A stretch of DNA of 63,168 nucleotides, the filler included, from Platydemus manokwari (taxonomy: Eukaryota), in the NCBI GenBank assembly GCA_037951405.1. It is 6 parts of 6 records of this genome, joined end to end, with 100 filler letters (N's around TTAATTAATTAA, not from the genome) between each part and the next. Parts side by side here need not be neighbours in the genome. Positions count along the whole stretch, not along the records: positions 19,191 to 31,649 come from JBBMOY010128899.1; positions 31,750 to 44,263 come from JBBMOY010103343.1; 4 more parts are not named here. One strand, given 5' to 3'. The notes below the pieces were generated by a model. The model was not told where the DNA came from. It searched no databases and was given only the letters and a program-made list of their open reading frames with translations. Shown piece by piece: positions 27,050 to 42,000 of this stretch. A program made the position numbers and the translations under genes. Positions within the stretch are counted from its first letter, which is position 1. The number at the start of each line of letters is the position of its first letter.

Positions 27050-27910
27050 CATGCAAATTTAGCAACTAAATAATTATAAGAAATAAGTATAAATATAAAA
27101 TAAAAATGAAATCATTTTTTTCAATGGAAATATCCATAAAAATTGTAAAATTTCTTTTACGTCATCAAAATTAATCGACACCAAGATCATTCGAAAAATG
27201 TAATATAAAACTTAAAATAGAAATTGGGTAATGTCCAAACATGAATGACAACGAAAGTTGCGATAAATAACTATTAAAACTAAAAATAGTAACACATTCA
27301 TAACATACACAAAAAATAGTAGCATATGCTACTATGGAAAGAATGTTATTAAAAAGTGATATGATGCATGAAACATGCAAATACTATATAAACAAGCAAC
27401 AATAATAATTCAGCGCACAATTGTTTTCCACTCACAATACTGTTTTACAATTACCCGTTCATAATTTTTACAAGCATATTACAGATTAGCAATCATTGTG
27501 CAGACTAAATTTTGAGATCTATTATTGCGTTTGAAAATTTTAAGAAAATTTCAATTTATTGTATTAATTTTGAAGTAACGTTCCAGTTATCTATTTTATT
27601 TTCGAAGCAAACGCTAAATTTTCTATTGTTGTATTAATTAACTTCAGACTCACGACCAGTACTAGCCTTGTAGTTTTTTTTAAATTCAATAAAAATTGTA
27701 CTTGGTTCTTCACTTTTTTTCGTCAGAGGAATGTACGAGCACCTGCTACTCTTGTTTTGTAAATTTTATCTTAATTAATCAATTATATTTTATTGTACTA
27801 CATTGTGTTATTTTATATTTATATATTTAATATTAGTTCTCATTATTATCAGCCAATGATTTATCTTCATCAAGATAAGTTATAGATCATTAAAAATCCT
27901 TCTGATCTCA
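27050..27910 (-). repeat. Diverged repeat copy A (probable decayed LTR-element PBS/leader)
   Basis: Shares ordered blocks with 28200-29070: AAAATAG runs, TATATAAACAAG, TACTAGCCTTG, CAGAGGMATGTMCGAGCACCT, AGATAAGTTA and CCTTCTGA. Confidence 0.6.
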
Positions 27911-28199
27911 CAAAATTAGTATAAATCTTTGACAGATCAAACCAAAACGTTATATGAATGCGATATAAAAATTACTTACAAATTTCACTTTAGAAGTAAA
28001 ATCTGATGTCATTTCTACTATGGATTATGGAGGATTTTGATGAATTTAGAGTAATTTTGGGTACTTACTATAATTTTTATTCTTGATAAAATGGAAATAA
28101 TCTCTTTGTTTTAATTCAACAAATATATCTCTAGGCATTTTAATTCAAAAAGAAAGTCTGCAGATACGTGGTTGAGGAATTGTTAGGAACCATCAAAGC

Positions 28200-29070
28200 C
28201 ACTTGAGCAATCAAATAATAAGTATAAAAAAATTTGCAACAAAATAAAAATTAAATTTTGCAATAAAAAATAAATAAAATTTTTCAATCGCTTCAATTTT
28301 TTCTCTGACTTTAAGGTCTTAAGAAAATTTTAAAAAATCTAAATAGAGAAGTCACATTATTTATAAAAATAGAATAACAACAAAAGATACTAAAAATAAC
28401 TGTGTTGACAAAATAGTAGCTCATACATAACTGACACCAAAAATAGATGTATATGGTAGAATGTTGCTATAGATAACTATGTTGCTATACATGACTGATA
28501 AAACACACACAGATGATAAAATCGAAGCAGTATATAAACAAGGGACACTAGTCACTCTACGCACAATTCTTCAAGTATACTATTAGGAATACACAAAATT
28601 GTTAATACATATCTAACCTTACTACATTATTTGTACAAATTTTATTATTATTCATTATCCATCTTCACAGTGAATTTAATTCCAAATCAATTATTCAGAA
28701 GATATATATTGCAATGAGCAAATTTTTTATCGTCGTAATAATTAACAACAGACCAAGGCAATTACTAGCCTTGCGGTCTTTTAAATTATCATTGGAGACT
28801 CAATCTTTGATTTCCCACTCTTATCTTTTAACAGAGGCATGTCCGAGCACCTAGGCAATACGTTCTGTATTTTTATTTTGAGGTCACACCTGCTTATACA
28901 AAAAATTATTCATTATCTGCTAGTGTTTTAAAGTATTTCAAGTAATCAGTTATATTTTATTGTTTTGTATTGTTTTATTTGATAATTAGCATTTATATTT
29001 TAAATATTGCTTCAGTAATCTTTATCTGTTGGAGTCCAGATAAGTTAAGGAATCAAAAAGCCTTCTGATA
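28200..29070 (-). repeat. Diverged repeat copy B (tandem with copy A)
   Basis: Same blocks at an offset of about 1.1 kb. The 21-nt core at 28832-28852 matches 27724-27744 at 19/21. Confidence 0.6.
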
Positions 29071-31649
29071 ACAATAACATTGCTTATTTAACAGAATTAT
29101 AAACGAGCCTTTATATCCAGAGTCGAAGAAGAAATACATTCCAAATTTTTCTTACGAAAAGAATATTTTTTATTAAGTTTTATTAAATTAATCATTTTTC
29201 TATGTTTTACCTCGAAACCTGATTAATAATTAAAATTTTCAATGGTTCCTTATGGTAAAACAACGATTGTTTTAAGTACATTTTGCAATAGCGTTTATAT
29301 TTCATATTATCGTTCGTAATAAGATTTAAAAATTCATTGGAATTAAAATCGATATCTCAGATCATTCTATGAAATGATCTGAGTAGTTCTGATGGGAGTC
29401 AAAAACCAAAAACTCTGAAGAAGAGTTAACAATGGGCAGAATAGTGACATAATCCGATACTGAAACCAAAGAGAATGAAAAATGCCTTTAACTGTTAAGC
29501 CATATGAACAGTTGAAAAAGAGAAATGCCAAAATAGAATCTTCAAGATTCGCCATAACATCTAACAGAAAATAAAGTGTTGGGGTTATGCTTTTATATTT
29601 TACTTCTATTGTAAATTCTGCATTGCCAGTTGAAGTGCGATGTCAATTCGGTAGGCTCTTGAATTATAATCAAAATAATGACAAAGATTGTATTAATATT
29701 TTGTGTTCAAGTTGATCAGTACAATACAATAATTAACTTGATTCCTCTCTTTAAGAAAAAACCCATTAAACTTAATGTCCCAGTTGCTCTAAATCACAGT
29801 TTACCCAAACACGCTCCTTAAAGGCAGTGATTGACAAAGAAAGGCTCTGACATCGATCATCCTTTGTGTTAATATATTAATTTTAAATATAATAGATTTT
29901 ATACGAAATGAATGCTCAATCCATAAAATTAGATTTACTTACTTTTTGATTTATTATCGAGATTCAATAATTTAATAAATATTTGTCTCAGAATTTCATC
30001 AGTAAGATACCGTCAGAATTATTTTTTAGCTATCTTTCTAATTTGTCTACTGCTTATATACTATTTTCCCGATTATGAAAAACAGAATTTTTGTTATTTT
30101 CTTGTTCCTTATTGCATGATAAAATTATTTTCTTTTTCCTAATCTGATCATTTCATTTAATCAGAAACCAGGCTACATGATTAATTTAAATTTTTAATTT
30201 CGCCCACATTTTTTAATTAATTTTTTATTTCACCTACATTATTAATTTCGCCTAATTTTACTTATTACAATTTGTCGATATGGATTTTATTATAATTTTA
30301 TTTATTATTATCACTTTATAAAATATAATTTTATTTAACATAATAATTTAGCCAATCATTAATTATCATTTTTCAATATAGGTTTTATTATGTTGGTTAC
30401 CAAATGTTCCAAAATAAATAAATAATAATAAAATCACAAAAACATTTTCAAAAAAACCAAGCACCTAAGTCATCCAAAAATAGAAATAATATAAATAAAA
30501 TTTATTTATACTAAAAAAAACAGAAAAAATAATTAGAAGTTACTAAAATGAGGACAAAAGATTTTAGAACCTAAAACTAGAATAAATAAAATATTAAAAT
30601 AATAAAAAGAGATAATTCATTAAAAACGAAGAGAGGAATTACCATAAAAGAAAAGCAATCATTTAAAATAATGCCTACAGTTATTAAAGTCAAATTTATG
30701 AAAATAAATGTCCACAAATTATTTCAAGAAATCAATCTATAATTGATTATTAAAAACCACAATCGTTCTACAAAGCAAAACTAAATTCATAGCTTACACT
30801 CTACATCAACAATCAATGAGTATTCACTGACGACATTACTCTGTCAATCAGGATAAGAATCATTATATAAGAGCGATTTTCAATCGATTAAAGTGTTGGG
30901 TTGTGGTATATGTTTATTTGCTGTTCAATAAACTAAACAGCGTGAGTCCGTTTATACTTTTTATATAAGTCTACAAATCAACAAAGCTCGAAATCATCAA
31001 AAACTTTTATTGGAATTAAAAACCAATTTATACATAACAATTTAGCTCAAAGCAATTTAACTCACACAAATTTATATAAAACAAATGAGTACGGTTATCT
31101 TTCAGAGACCGGGGAACCAAAACTAATTCCTTATTACTTTACTATAGATTTTATAAATTATATGTGCTCCAAAGGTGGATCCTTTAGAGTCAAATCGTTT
31201 GGGTTTAATTTACAAATAATCGTTTATTGTTACTTTCAAGAATTATTTTCTGCTTTAAAAGAATATCCGAAAATTTCTTCCTCAATGAATTCTAAATCTT
31301 AGATAACTAAATTTTATCGAATTTTTCCAGTGAATTGTAATGGAAATCCATCAGCTTATATATATTGGGTTTTGGTCTTGTAAGTTAGTGATCCCAACAC
31401 AGATGAGTTCGTTAAAATTAGTCTGATTTAAATTCGAACTAACCCTCTCGACTATCAGTCAATTACAAAAATACTATTTATAAATAAAACTGTTATTGAT
31501 TTATGATATCAACTATTTACTATATAAAATTGTTGGGATAAACATCAACATTATAGTATAAAATACAACAACATTATAAGATGAGGATAATACTCCATTA
31601 TTATAATAGTCCATTATTTGAAAATAATTAACAATGGAATAATATTACA

Positions 31650-31749
31650 NNNNNNNNNNNNNNNNNNNNNNNNNNNNNNNNNNNNNNNNNNNNTTAATTA
31701 ATTAANNNNNNNNNNNNNNNNNNNNNNNNNNNNNNNNNNNNNNNNNNNN
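31650..31749. other. Artificial contig linker
   Basis: 44N-TTAATTAATTAA-44N. Confidence 0.98.
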
Positions 31750-34700
31750 CAATGGATATTAACGATGAAATATAAATATCAACTGTAATTGGTAAACGTA
31801 AAGAATGATGTAGACGTTGGTCTACTTTTCGTAATATAGGAAATAAAATTTTAAATTTATGAACGATAAAATGAGAAAAATTATGTGAATTGTAGGTCAG
31901 TGGAATCACGGGTGATGAAAAACTACATACTGTATTACTCTTGTAAAGAATTTTGAGTGGTTTTCTTTTATTGAACCAGCGAACTGTGATTCCTGGAACG
32001 ATCGAATGAAATAACCATCTTTAATGTATGGGTATCTCAATTATCCATGTTTATGAATAAAAATATCTGTATGAAATTATCAATGAAATACGGCCAGCAC
32101 ATATATGTTTTAATGAACATAATCTTTAAAATTCATGAAGTCATGTAGAGAGAATAATATTTGTGATCAATTCAAGAATTCCTTAAAAGAAATACCACCG
32201 TTTGTTAGTTATTTACATTTCAGATAAATCCAATAGAAAACTGTTGTTAATTAGCTCCAAATTCATCTTAAGCGTCATGAAATACTTTATGAAAATCAAA
32301 AATAAACGGTTAAAATAATATTGATTAAGAGATACTCAATATATTCATGATGAATTATGTTTCAGTATATCAACATTGTTTCAAAGCAAATATTGATTTT
32401 TCCTTAAATTTCCATTTTTAATTTGCGCACGCACATACAAATATATGGTCGAAAATTGGTTAATAGCACATTGTCGATTATTATTTTATTCGAAAATTCG
32501 TTCACCATTTACCACATGTTTTATAAATTTTGTTTTCCAGTATGTTTGATTTCGATTTTAACATATTTAGGTAATTTTATTGATTTGTGGAAAATGATGT
32601 GTTGCGTAATCAATAATAAAACCGTTTTCAAATTCACACGAAGCAATATACAAGTCATCATGTTACAATTTTAAAATAACAGCTAACATTGGATAATTCT
32701 AGTTCGATTAATTATTAATGGTGACAAAAACAACTTCTAATTATGGGTGAAGCTAAAAATAGTAACATTTATTTTTAAACTAATTTTGATTAGATTAAAT
32801 TTGGCTAATATCACCAATTCGTCTGGAACAGAATGCATGATATTAATCGAATTCGAATGTACATTTTTATTGAAACTATTTATCCAAATAAATCTGATGG
32901 GTAAAAAAAATAAAATATCGCATTCAAAAAAATGTTTCAAATCAAATAAAACTCTTCAATTAAAAACAAGAAAATTAAAGTGCATCCCATCAGTTGAATG
33001 AAATCGTTTTTAAGTAGTATATTTCATGAACATTTTTAGGTTTATTGTCAGCTGCAATTAATGTTAAAATTAGTACCAATGACGTCATAATTTTTTATAT
33101 GCATAATTATAAATAAAATATTTAAGAAAATATTTACCATTTGTATTTACTTTCACTAAGTGTCATCTATTGGAATTAACAGTTGATATAATTCAGCATC
33201 CACTGCACACAAGTTAACATTCTTCAAACCGTGGCGAATTTTTTCAACTTTCTTTCATGCAAACCAATAACTCGACATTTCGTAATTTAAATCGAAACAT
33301 GCCAAATTAACGGGGATCTGGTGGCAATTCCGAATTCGATTCAACCATTGTATTTAATTAAATTAATCGTCAAATTAAACAAAGATATTGGGATTGTTAA
33401 AATTGCTATCTTTAAATTTTAGATTATACTTTAAAAAAACTACAAAATCAGAAATTTACTGAGCGATTTATTAGGTTTTATGGGTACTTGGTATTTATAG
33501 ATGTTATCTAATTGTATGGTTAAGAATATCTATGCAACATAACATATTTAGTTTTATTTACAAGAATTATCGGAAAGTGAACCAAAATATTAAGGGAGGC
33601 CCTGTCAAATTCATAGGAGTTGAAGAAAATTTTTTAGCTTTTAAAAATTTAGAAAGGAATAATAAAAACATCTTTGATTTCCTGATAGATTATACAGCCG
33701 AGGAAGGATATAAACACATAGGCGAAAGCAATTTTAAAACCAAGCTTGACTGTGCTAACATCTCTATTGGAACAAGAATCAAAACAATTATTTGAATACG
33801 AAAACTGAGAGTTATCGAGAGATAGAGTCTCTGTTGAAACTGGATCATTGGATGGATATTCAAAGTCACTAAATTATTTATAATCTCTAATAAGTAATGT
33901 GAATTTTGTTGAGGTTTTGTTTGGAATCTAAAAAGCTTATCCTAATTCATCTATTATTCACATGTCGCTCATATTTTAAATAAAACCACCATCAAATAGT
34001 AAGTCTGAAACTCGCACCTGAATAAGAAAAGCTCTCGGTCTAAATCTAGCTCTGACTCCACGGTTGCAAAGTAATCCAGATTAATCCAATCCAAATGTAA
34101 CAAATCCAATTCGTCTTAAACCGAAAATTAGATCAAATAATTAAAAAAGTGTTCTAATATAATTCAACTTTTATTTTAGCTGAATATTATTAAATTCTGG
34201 TTTTATTTCAGTGACTACAATTATCTATATTCAATCTGATGATTCTATTTATCTAAACTACATCGTTAAATTCTTTCAAATTTTATTCTAAAAGAAATTT
34301 ATTGAATTTAAATTTGACTTGTTGAAATTTTGATATTTTGTCGTTGATAATTTTTATCAACATGCCATAACTTTGCTAGTGAAATTGTTTGTAATGAAAG
34401 GAAAACAGATAAGAAATGATGAATTAATTAAATTAATAAAATTAATAAAGTAGAAATTCATAAGGAAAATCAAGAACATTAAATATCACTATATAAGAAG
34501 CTAGAAAATTCACACATAGGTCAAACTGTTTCGTCAAATGATAAGAATTTTCCTATACAGCGATATATTGTTCCTAATAGCAATCTTATGAAGAATCGCA
34601 TCAAGATTTCGTGCAATACTTTTTCATGGTGATATTTAAATACAAATTTTTCGAAACGAAATTACGACAAAAATTTATAATTGAGTTATTTTACAGACGG

Positions 34701-36028
34701 TTCATATTCGAGCAATAGATTAATCACATACTTGTTAGACGTGTATCCGTTATCCGAACCAGGATAATTAATTAATAATAATTATCGACAAACCCAAAAT
34801 TATCACGAACCCATCATTTTCCCATTTTTGATGCTGAATTGATTTTATATAAATGTAATTGTTTAATATTTTCTTCAAAAATTTCAAATTTCAGGGTGTG
34901 TTACCAAACTCAGATGGTACCTAATACTATTAATACTGTGTATATCATGTATTTTCGGTCCTCATTACGAATTTTGGTATAATTTTATCCTGTGTGAAAT
35001 CCTTTTTGTTTGTTATTAACACGTTGAAGGACACTTGCGTCTATAACCGTCAAAGCGAAGTTCACTATGTGACATGACGGCAATAGCCGTCTAAAACGAA
35101 ACGGTCTTTTTTGGACAATGCGGCTATAGCGGCACAAATGTGCATTTACCGGCTTACAAATAGAAGACAAGTGTCATGTTTTGGAAACAATTCTTTCGGT
35201 TGACTTTTGTTTTCTACCTATTACACGACTTGCAGCTTAAGTACTCACATATAGTGTTAAATTTCGAACTTCATTTGTTCCTACTGTCCGTCAATGCGTT
35301 AAATTATATTTACAATGAATTTCGAAAATAAAATTTTATCATTTTATTGCAACATTATTATTACGTGGTATACACCAATATATTCAGCCAAATATTCGAA
35401 TTAAAAATCTTCTTTGTTGAATTTTATTTATTTAAAAAGTCCATGAACTATTTAATATGATATTTTGTTTTACTAAACATTTTTAATTTCATTATTCATG
35501 CCAAGCAATGAATTATAAAATATGGCACAACTTTCTTAATTGCGAGTTCGAAATAAGTTCATGACTGTAGCAGTAGTGAAATCCATGTATGGAATGCTTG
35601 AATATATGGACTAACGGAAAATTTAGATAAACTTCAATCTAATCTCAACAATAACTCTAATGCCATTCATTCATTTCAAAAACAAAAAATAAACCAAATT
35701 CTTAATGTTAAACAATGACAGTAAATATGAAAATTAAAGTTGAACTTTTAATGTTGATATTCATAATGTTGTAGATAAAAATAAATATATTTAATTGCTT
35801 TAGAAATTTTCAAGAAACAGTATCTACTGTCAACTGTAAATAAACAAATTTAACATTATAATAAAAATCCCCATTATCAGTATATCGTTTTTTGTTTTCA
35901 TTTAAATATAAAAAGTTATGTTCGTTAAAAATTTTCGTCGTTCCTCACAAACCAATTGAAACACTTTGCACGAATTTATCTTATTTTTTTACAAAAGGAA
36001 ATTCATTAGAAAAGTATTTGATTTTTAC

Positions 36029-39000
36029 TTTAAGCATTTCAAATTCCAATTTTATTGTATGAATTGTCCTCAGAGTCGATATTAAAAACGCTAATTTGCC
36101 AGAATCTGACTGTTTGCTGGCAAATAAATCTTGCAGCTTTTTCCATCTACTCTGAATATCAGCATTTCGTTTACTGATTGCATCTTTGTTGTGATATTTA
36201 TTATCTTCAAGATTAATTGCCAATTCCTTCAACTTTTGAAATCTTTCTTTCTACAATCAATTTAACAAAAATTAAGAAATATTTATGCAAAAATAATTTT
36301 ATAATATTGCAAGGGAATACACATTATAATTGTAGCTTGTAATCAAATTAAATAATATTGGTATATAAAGGAATACTAAATACTAAAATGCTTTTACCAC
36401 TGTACCTTTAAATTTATGGTTTCTTCCACATGTTGCTAGATAATGACAGTTTGATTTAATAATTTATTTATTTATTTCATTCAATTAATTAATGAAAACT
36501 AATTAAACACAAATATACAAAAAAAACTCCAAATAAACAAGCCCAATAAATTAGTTATTAGAATAACAAAAAACCCATTACTGTTGTATTGATTTCATTC
36601 CCAATTAATTCCTCTTTATTAATTTGAGCTTCCATACTTTGGATGTTATCACCAGTATCCATGTTGCTCAGAACTGTGAAGATTTCATTCAACCATGATT
36701 CTCTAAGACCAGCTTTCTTGGTAAATTTTTCCGCAGCTTGCTCTAATCGTTCTTGCCTGTAATCATATTTTAATAATGATTAATTAATGATTAGAAAAAA
36801 ACGATATTTAGATCATCCACCAATAGTTGTACTAGCAATAAAAATCTTTAATTAAAATTCATTACCTTAACAACTCTTCTCTTAAGATCATTTCTCTTGC
36901 ATGTTCAGCTTTTTCCAAATTTTCCCATGCAACTTCTACTTCTTTTATTAATAAGCCTTCAGATGGTACATAACTTTTCATATTATTTTCTTTTTGTTTG
37001 ATTATGATTTGAAACAGTTTCTCGTCAATACTGGATCGATCGGCAAATCTGGAAAAATTTAGATAAATGATTTATTAAAATTGTTTCAAAAATTCATAAT
37101 GAGATTTCATGCTGTCTGATCAACCGAACTGATCGAACGAAAATATTTTTATATTGAAAACAAACAATAATTTTCAAAGACTTCCACAATATCAACAACT
37201 TCTACAATCTAATATTTCAAACAAACCGATTATGTTCAATCATTACCATAATTCCAAAGGTAATTAACGATAACAGTGACAACTATTCATCTAACAGCAT
37301 CAACTATCAAGAACAACGATCTATCTACAAACCCAGGTAGATCAATATAATCATAACTGTAACAGCTCCCACAACTAGCACGTCTCCTATTCAGGTTAAT
37401 ATTCAGACAACAATCTATGTTACACAAAACATTAACACCAACAACAATAAACCATGACATCTATCACATTTAATTATGAACGGAAGATTCAAAAATCTAG
37501 TTACACATGACAAAGAATATTAACAAACCAATATCAACTTCATTTAGGTCGCCTTGGAGGAGTTTCCCATTGCGTCGTTAAGCTGTCATGTTTATATAAA
37601 ATAAATCTTGATTTTTTATTTTAATGATTTATTTTGTCAAATATTTTTCATTGTCTTTTACAAATTTCATCTAGATACTGTTCCTTGTTATTATCAATCA
37701 TATTATCTTTATGTTTCTCATTATATTCAAATTCATATCATATTTATTAATATTAAATATAATTAGAACTATAATAATTATGCGTTATTATAAATCGGTA
37801 GTTAATTAATTTACACATAATTTTCAGTTAATTTCCCATTAAAGCTCTCTATTCAACGAACACTTCAAATCTTGATTTGACTTAATGAAGAAAACTTTAA
37901 TTGAAATCGAACATTGTAGTGGCAATTTAATGGATGTTTAACATTCATGTGATTGTGCAATTCTATTAAATATTATTTTGGAAGCTAATAATAATCTCTA
38001 TCAACATGAAATTCAATATCAATCATTAAATAAATAAATTGCCTTTATCAAAATTCCGAACTGATTGTTATTAACGACTGTATTATATTATAAATAACAC
38101 CAAAATACATCTAAACCTATTCCATTAACAAAAAATCACATTATATTTTGATTAATACGAAAATTAAATTTTTTTTCTATCAAAATATATCAATTTCAGT
38201 ATATTTATTATAAAACTTTTAATTATTTTAATATTTTTGAATTATGCACATATTAATACCAAATCCGAAAATTAATTGATCCTTGTACAAACAAAATGCT
38301 TTCAAATGATCTGTTATCCGTTGTAATTTAATAATAAAATAGAAATAAAACAGTTTCATTTATATCTTGGTCAAGTCAATAATTCATATATGATATTTGA
38401 TAGATGTGAGTAAAATTTTGATTGTTTTCAATTATAATTATAGACTAGACTTGTATTAATTTTATAATTGATGAGAAAAAAAAGATAGATTCTAAAGATT
38501 TTATAAACGTCTACATTCAAATATCTTCACCAAATATATTTGTTTTCATATTCATAAATAAAAATGAAATAAACATTTGATCGTGAATATTTATGAATTA
38601 TTTATTGTGATTTTAATCTATTTGATATTCTACCGAATTGAGAGAAAATGACTTCAATTGTTTAGTTGTCGGTAAGAATTTTAAATGTGTAATGATTTGC
38701 TACTTACTACTCATCAGCATTAAATAGAAGCTAAAAGCCGTCGTTTTTTTACTCGTTTACTGTGCTCGTTCAAATGTGCTCGTTCATTCTAAGTCACATA
38801 CAAGCCATCGGTATACGTTGTAATTGCATTTCAACTTCAAATTCTTAAATCAATCTTAAATAAATTATTTATATTCCTCATCTTAGTTGACCAACCCTAT
38901 AATTCATAAGCTATGTTATAAAATAATTGCTTTAGCTGATTATAGCTCATCTTAAAGCTGATCAATGAAAGTGACTCAAACAGAATATACTAATGATTAG

Positions 39001-42000
39001 AATATACTAACAACCACTCATCAAATATTTTGGTATTATTTCTGAAAATTTTATCAATTTTAAACATCATTACTTTACAATTATGAAATTATCGATGATT
39101 TGTCTCATATGATGATCAGCATCAAAATATAAATACAATGGTCGTTTAAAATTCAGACAAAGTCAAATAGGTATGGTCGAAAATGCATACAATTAAATCT
39201 ATTAATGGCAGTCAATGAAATATTATATTTATTATAAACATTCGGTATTCAATTAAAATAATTTCAATCCAAATCACTTCGATGAGTTAGTCATTTAAAA
39301 TAGCTTCTTAATATTATTCAACACTATTACAGCCTACTTAATCATTTCAAGAAAGTGATCAACATTAGTTGCTGACAAATAGTTTCACCTGAAGAATATT
39401 TTCAAACAATCACCAACTTTGTTCACCTGACTTGTTTAAATCAATCATCAAATCTGTATTTTTCAGATAAAAATGTTGTAATTCGGTGATTGACCTTTGA
39501 TTGAAATTGAGAATAATGTTTAGAAGTACAGACAAATGTTAAATTAGTTCCGTTGTAATAATAATTGTTAAATGAATTCATTTTATTACTGAACATCACA
39601 TCACATAATTTATTATCTTAAAAAACATTTGTTCCAGTGAAAACAAATTAATAACATTAGCACGTATTTTTTGACAAACTGTATCAATTATCGTCACATC
39701 AATTTATATACATTTTTTGTCATTATTGTTATCATTATTATCACTTTTTTCTCTATCATGTTTGTAGAATCTTATGATTGAAATCAAGTATTTACAAATT
39801 TGAGAAACATTCACTTGATGGTTAAGAATTTCTAATCAAAAAATCAAATTCAAAATGACTCACTCTTCAACAACGATAAATATAGAATATAAAAATAGAA
39901 CACCAGGAACCCCACTCAAGAAATAAGTCTATTTCAATCAATATTTATGAAGTCATTATTATGAATCCATTTCTCACATTTGTTGAAATATCATTGGATG
40001 ACAATTGTCTTTATCACTCTTAAACCATCGGTAAAAAAAGTAATCAATTAATTTTTAATTGTTATTCGAGTAAAACATTTAAATATAATTTACTCATTAC
40101 TTTTGTCAAATGTTAAAATTCTTCTAATATTTAAACACATTTCATTATCGAGACAAAGAATTTTCAAAAGAATTTGTCGCGTAATCTGATACAATATCAT
40201 TGTAATAATGTAATCGGTATAAAGATTTGATACATGACATGGTCAAGCTGGAACAGTTAATTGTAAAATGTCAACGATTCTGATATGTGTTCACCGTTAT
40301 TTTATTGATTACAATAGATAATTATAATTAATTTAATTATTAACAATACTATAAATATATAAACTCTAATTATCGACAACATATAAGATTTGAAACAATC
40401 TTTTAGTTTCATAAAATATGATTTTAAGATACATAACTGACTACATATTGTGTATTTAGAATATAAAAATCAATTATTTTTGATACGAATCAAATATTAG
40501 CTTTTTGAACTTATTGAAATTGAAAATAATTTATCATATTTCTGAACTTTAAAAGTAATGAATCTATTAGATATATACAACAAACACATCATACGATTCT
40601 GGTAACCAAATTCACAATTTTCTATTGACTCGTTATAAACACGTTATATTTGATCTAAATCTAATGTTGATTAATGACAATATTGTAAATATCAAATCAT
40701 AATATATTATATTATCAAGTCTAAAAGAATAAAATAAATGATCGGCCCATTATATTAATTCAACTAACCATATAATAATAGTATTAACATTTACAATACC
40801 AATTTAAAATTTACTTACTGATGCTCACTTGGTAGTGATGATAATAAAAGAAAATATTAATAAGAATCTGCTTGTATAAATATAATTATATTTTATAGAT
40901 ACTTTTTTACAGATCTTCAAAAGCAATTAAACTCATAAAAATTAATTGACTGTGAAATTTAGAGTTCATATGAGAAACAAAAATTACTTTGGAGGTTTTT
41001 CCACAGTTCGATATTCTTTAAATTCCAGCATTTCTTTCTGCATTCCAGTTAATGAATTCGGAAAATCACGATCGTTTAATTTAATTATTTTTCTTTGAAT
41101 CCATTGTAAAAGATTTCGTACAATTCTTTCATAATCTTCAATCATCTTGGAAACTTCCAATGCATTGGAAACAATCTGAATTAAAGATGGGATTTATGAT
41201 AAAATTGATTTTTTTTTAATATTTTTCATTCATCAAACCTTTCCAACACGTTTAGCTCCTGTATTTTCGGTTTTCATTTTTGCAAATGTCATGTAAAGAG
41301 ACGAAACGTACGTCATTATTGATTTGTCATCAGGCCTTTCAACATCAACGTCTAGAATGCAATATATTTATGTTAATAATTTAATCAAATAATCAAATAT
41401 AAAAAAATTGAATAAAAATTTTAAATAAATTATAACAAAATATTGATGTTTTTGTGATAAAATTAAAATTAATTCAATCAAAGATCCTTCCATATAAAAC
41501 ATTACTAAAGTAGGTTATATATATTATTACTTGAGAAAATATAATCAAATTTAAGAAATGTGCTCAGATAGACTGGGAATTGCTTTTATTATATTAAATT
41601 AATAATTAAACACAATAAATTAATATAATTCTTACTTAGATCGTTCAAAAAATAGCTGTTCAATAGAACCAAGCTGTTATCAACAAGTTTCACATAGTTC
41701 AGATTTGATACGTATTAAGAAATGGTGAGCATCAGCATATTTTTCTGCTTCAATAGGTAAAAATATAGTTATGTAATAACCCAAATATTCTCATCATAAT
41801 CATAACAATAGTGGTTGAAAATTAAATTATTACAATAATTTCTGATATTGAATGTGATTGTTATCATCATCAGCATTTATATAAATGAAAATTTCGAAAA
41901 ATGAAGATTATCAAATATTTATATCAAAGACAATTCGAAATCAAATGAAAATATGTATTTATTTTCATAAATATTTCTTTGATCATTTGAGACTATTTTA

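Noticed and set aside
28741-28860. Twister/hammerhead ribozyme or U3 snoRNA resemblance
   Set aside because: Catalytic core nucleotides, pseudoknots and U3 boxes could not be placed.
31694-31909. ORFs containing X runs (also 44312-44608 and 53874-54116)
   Set aside because: They run into the artificial N linkers.
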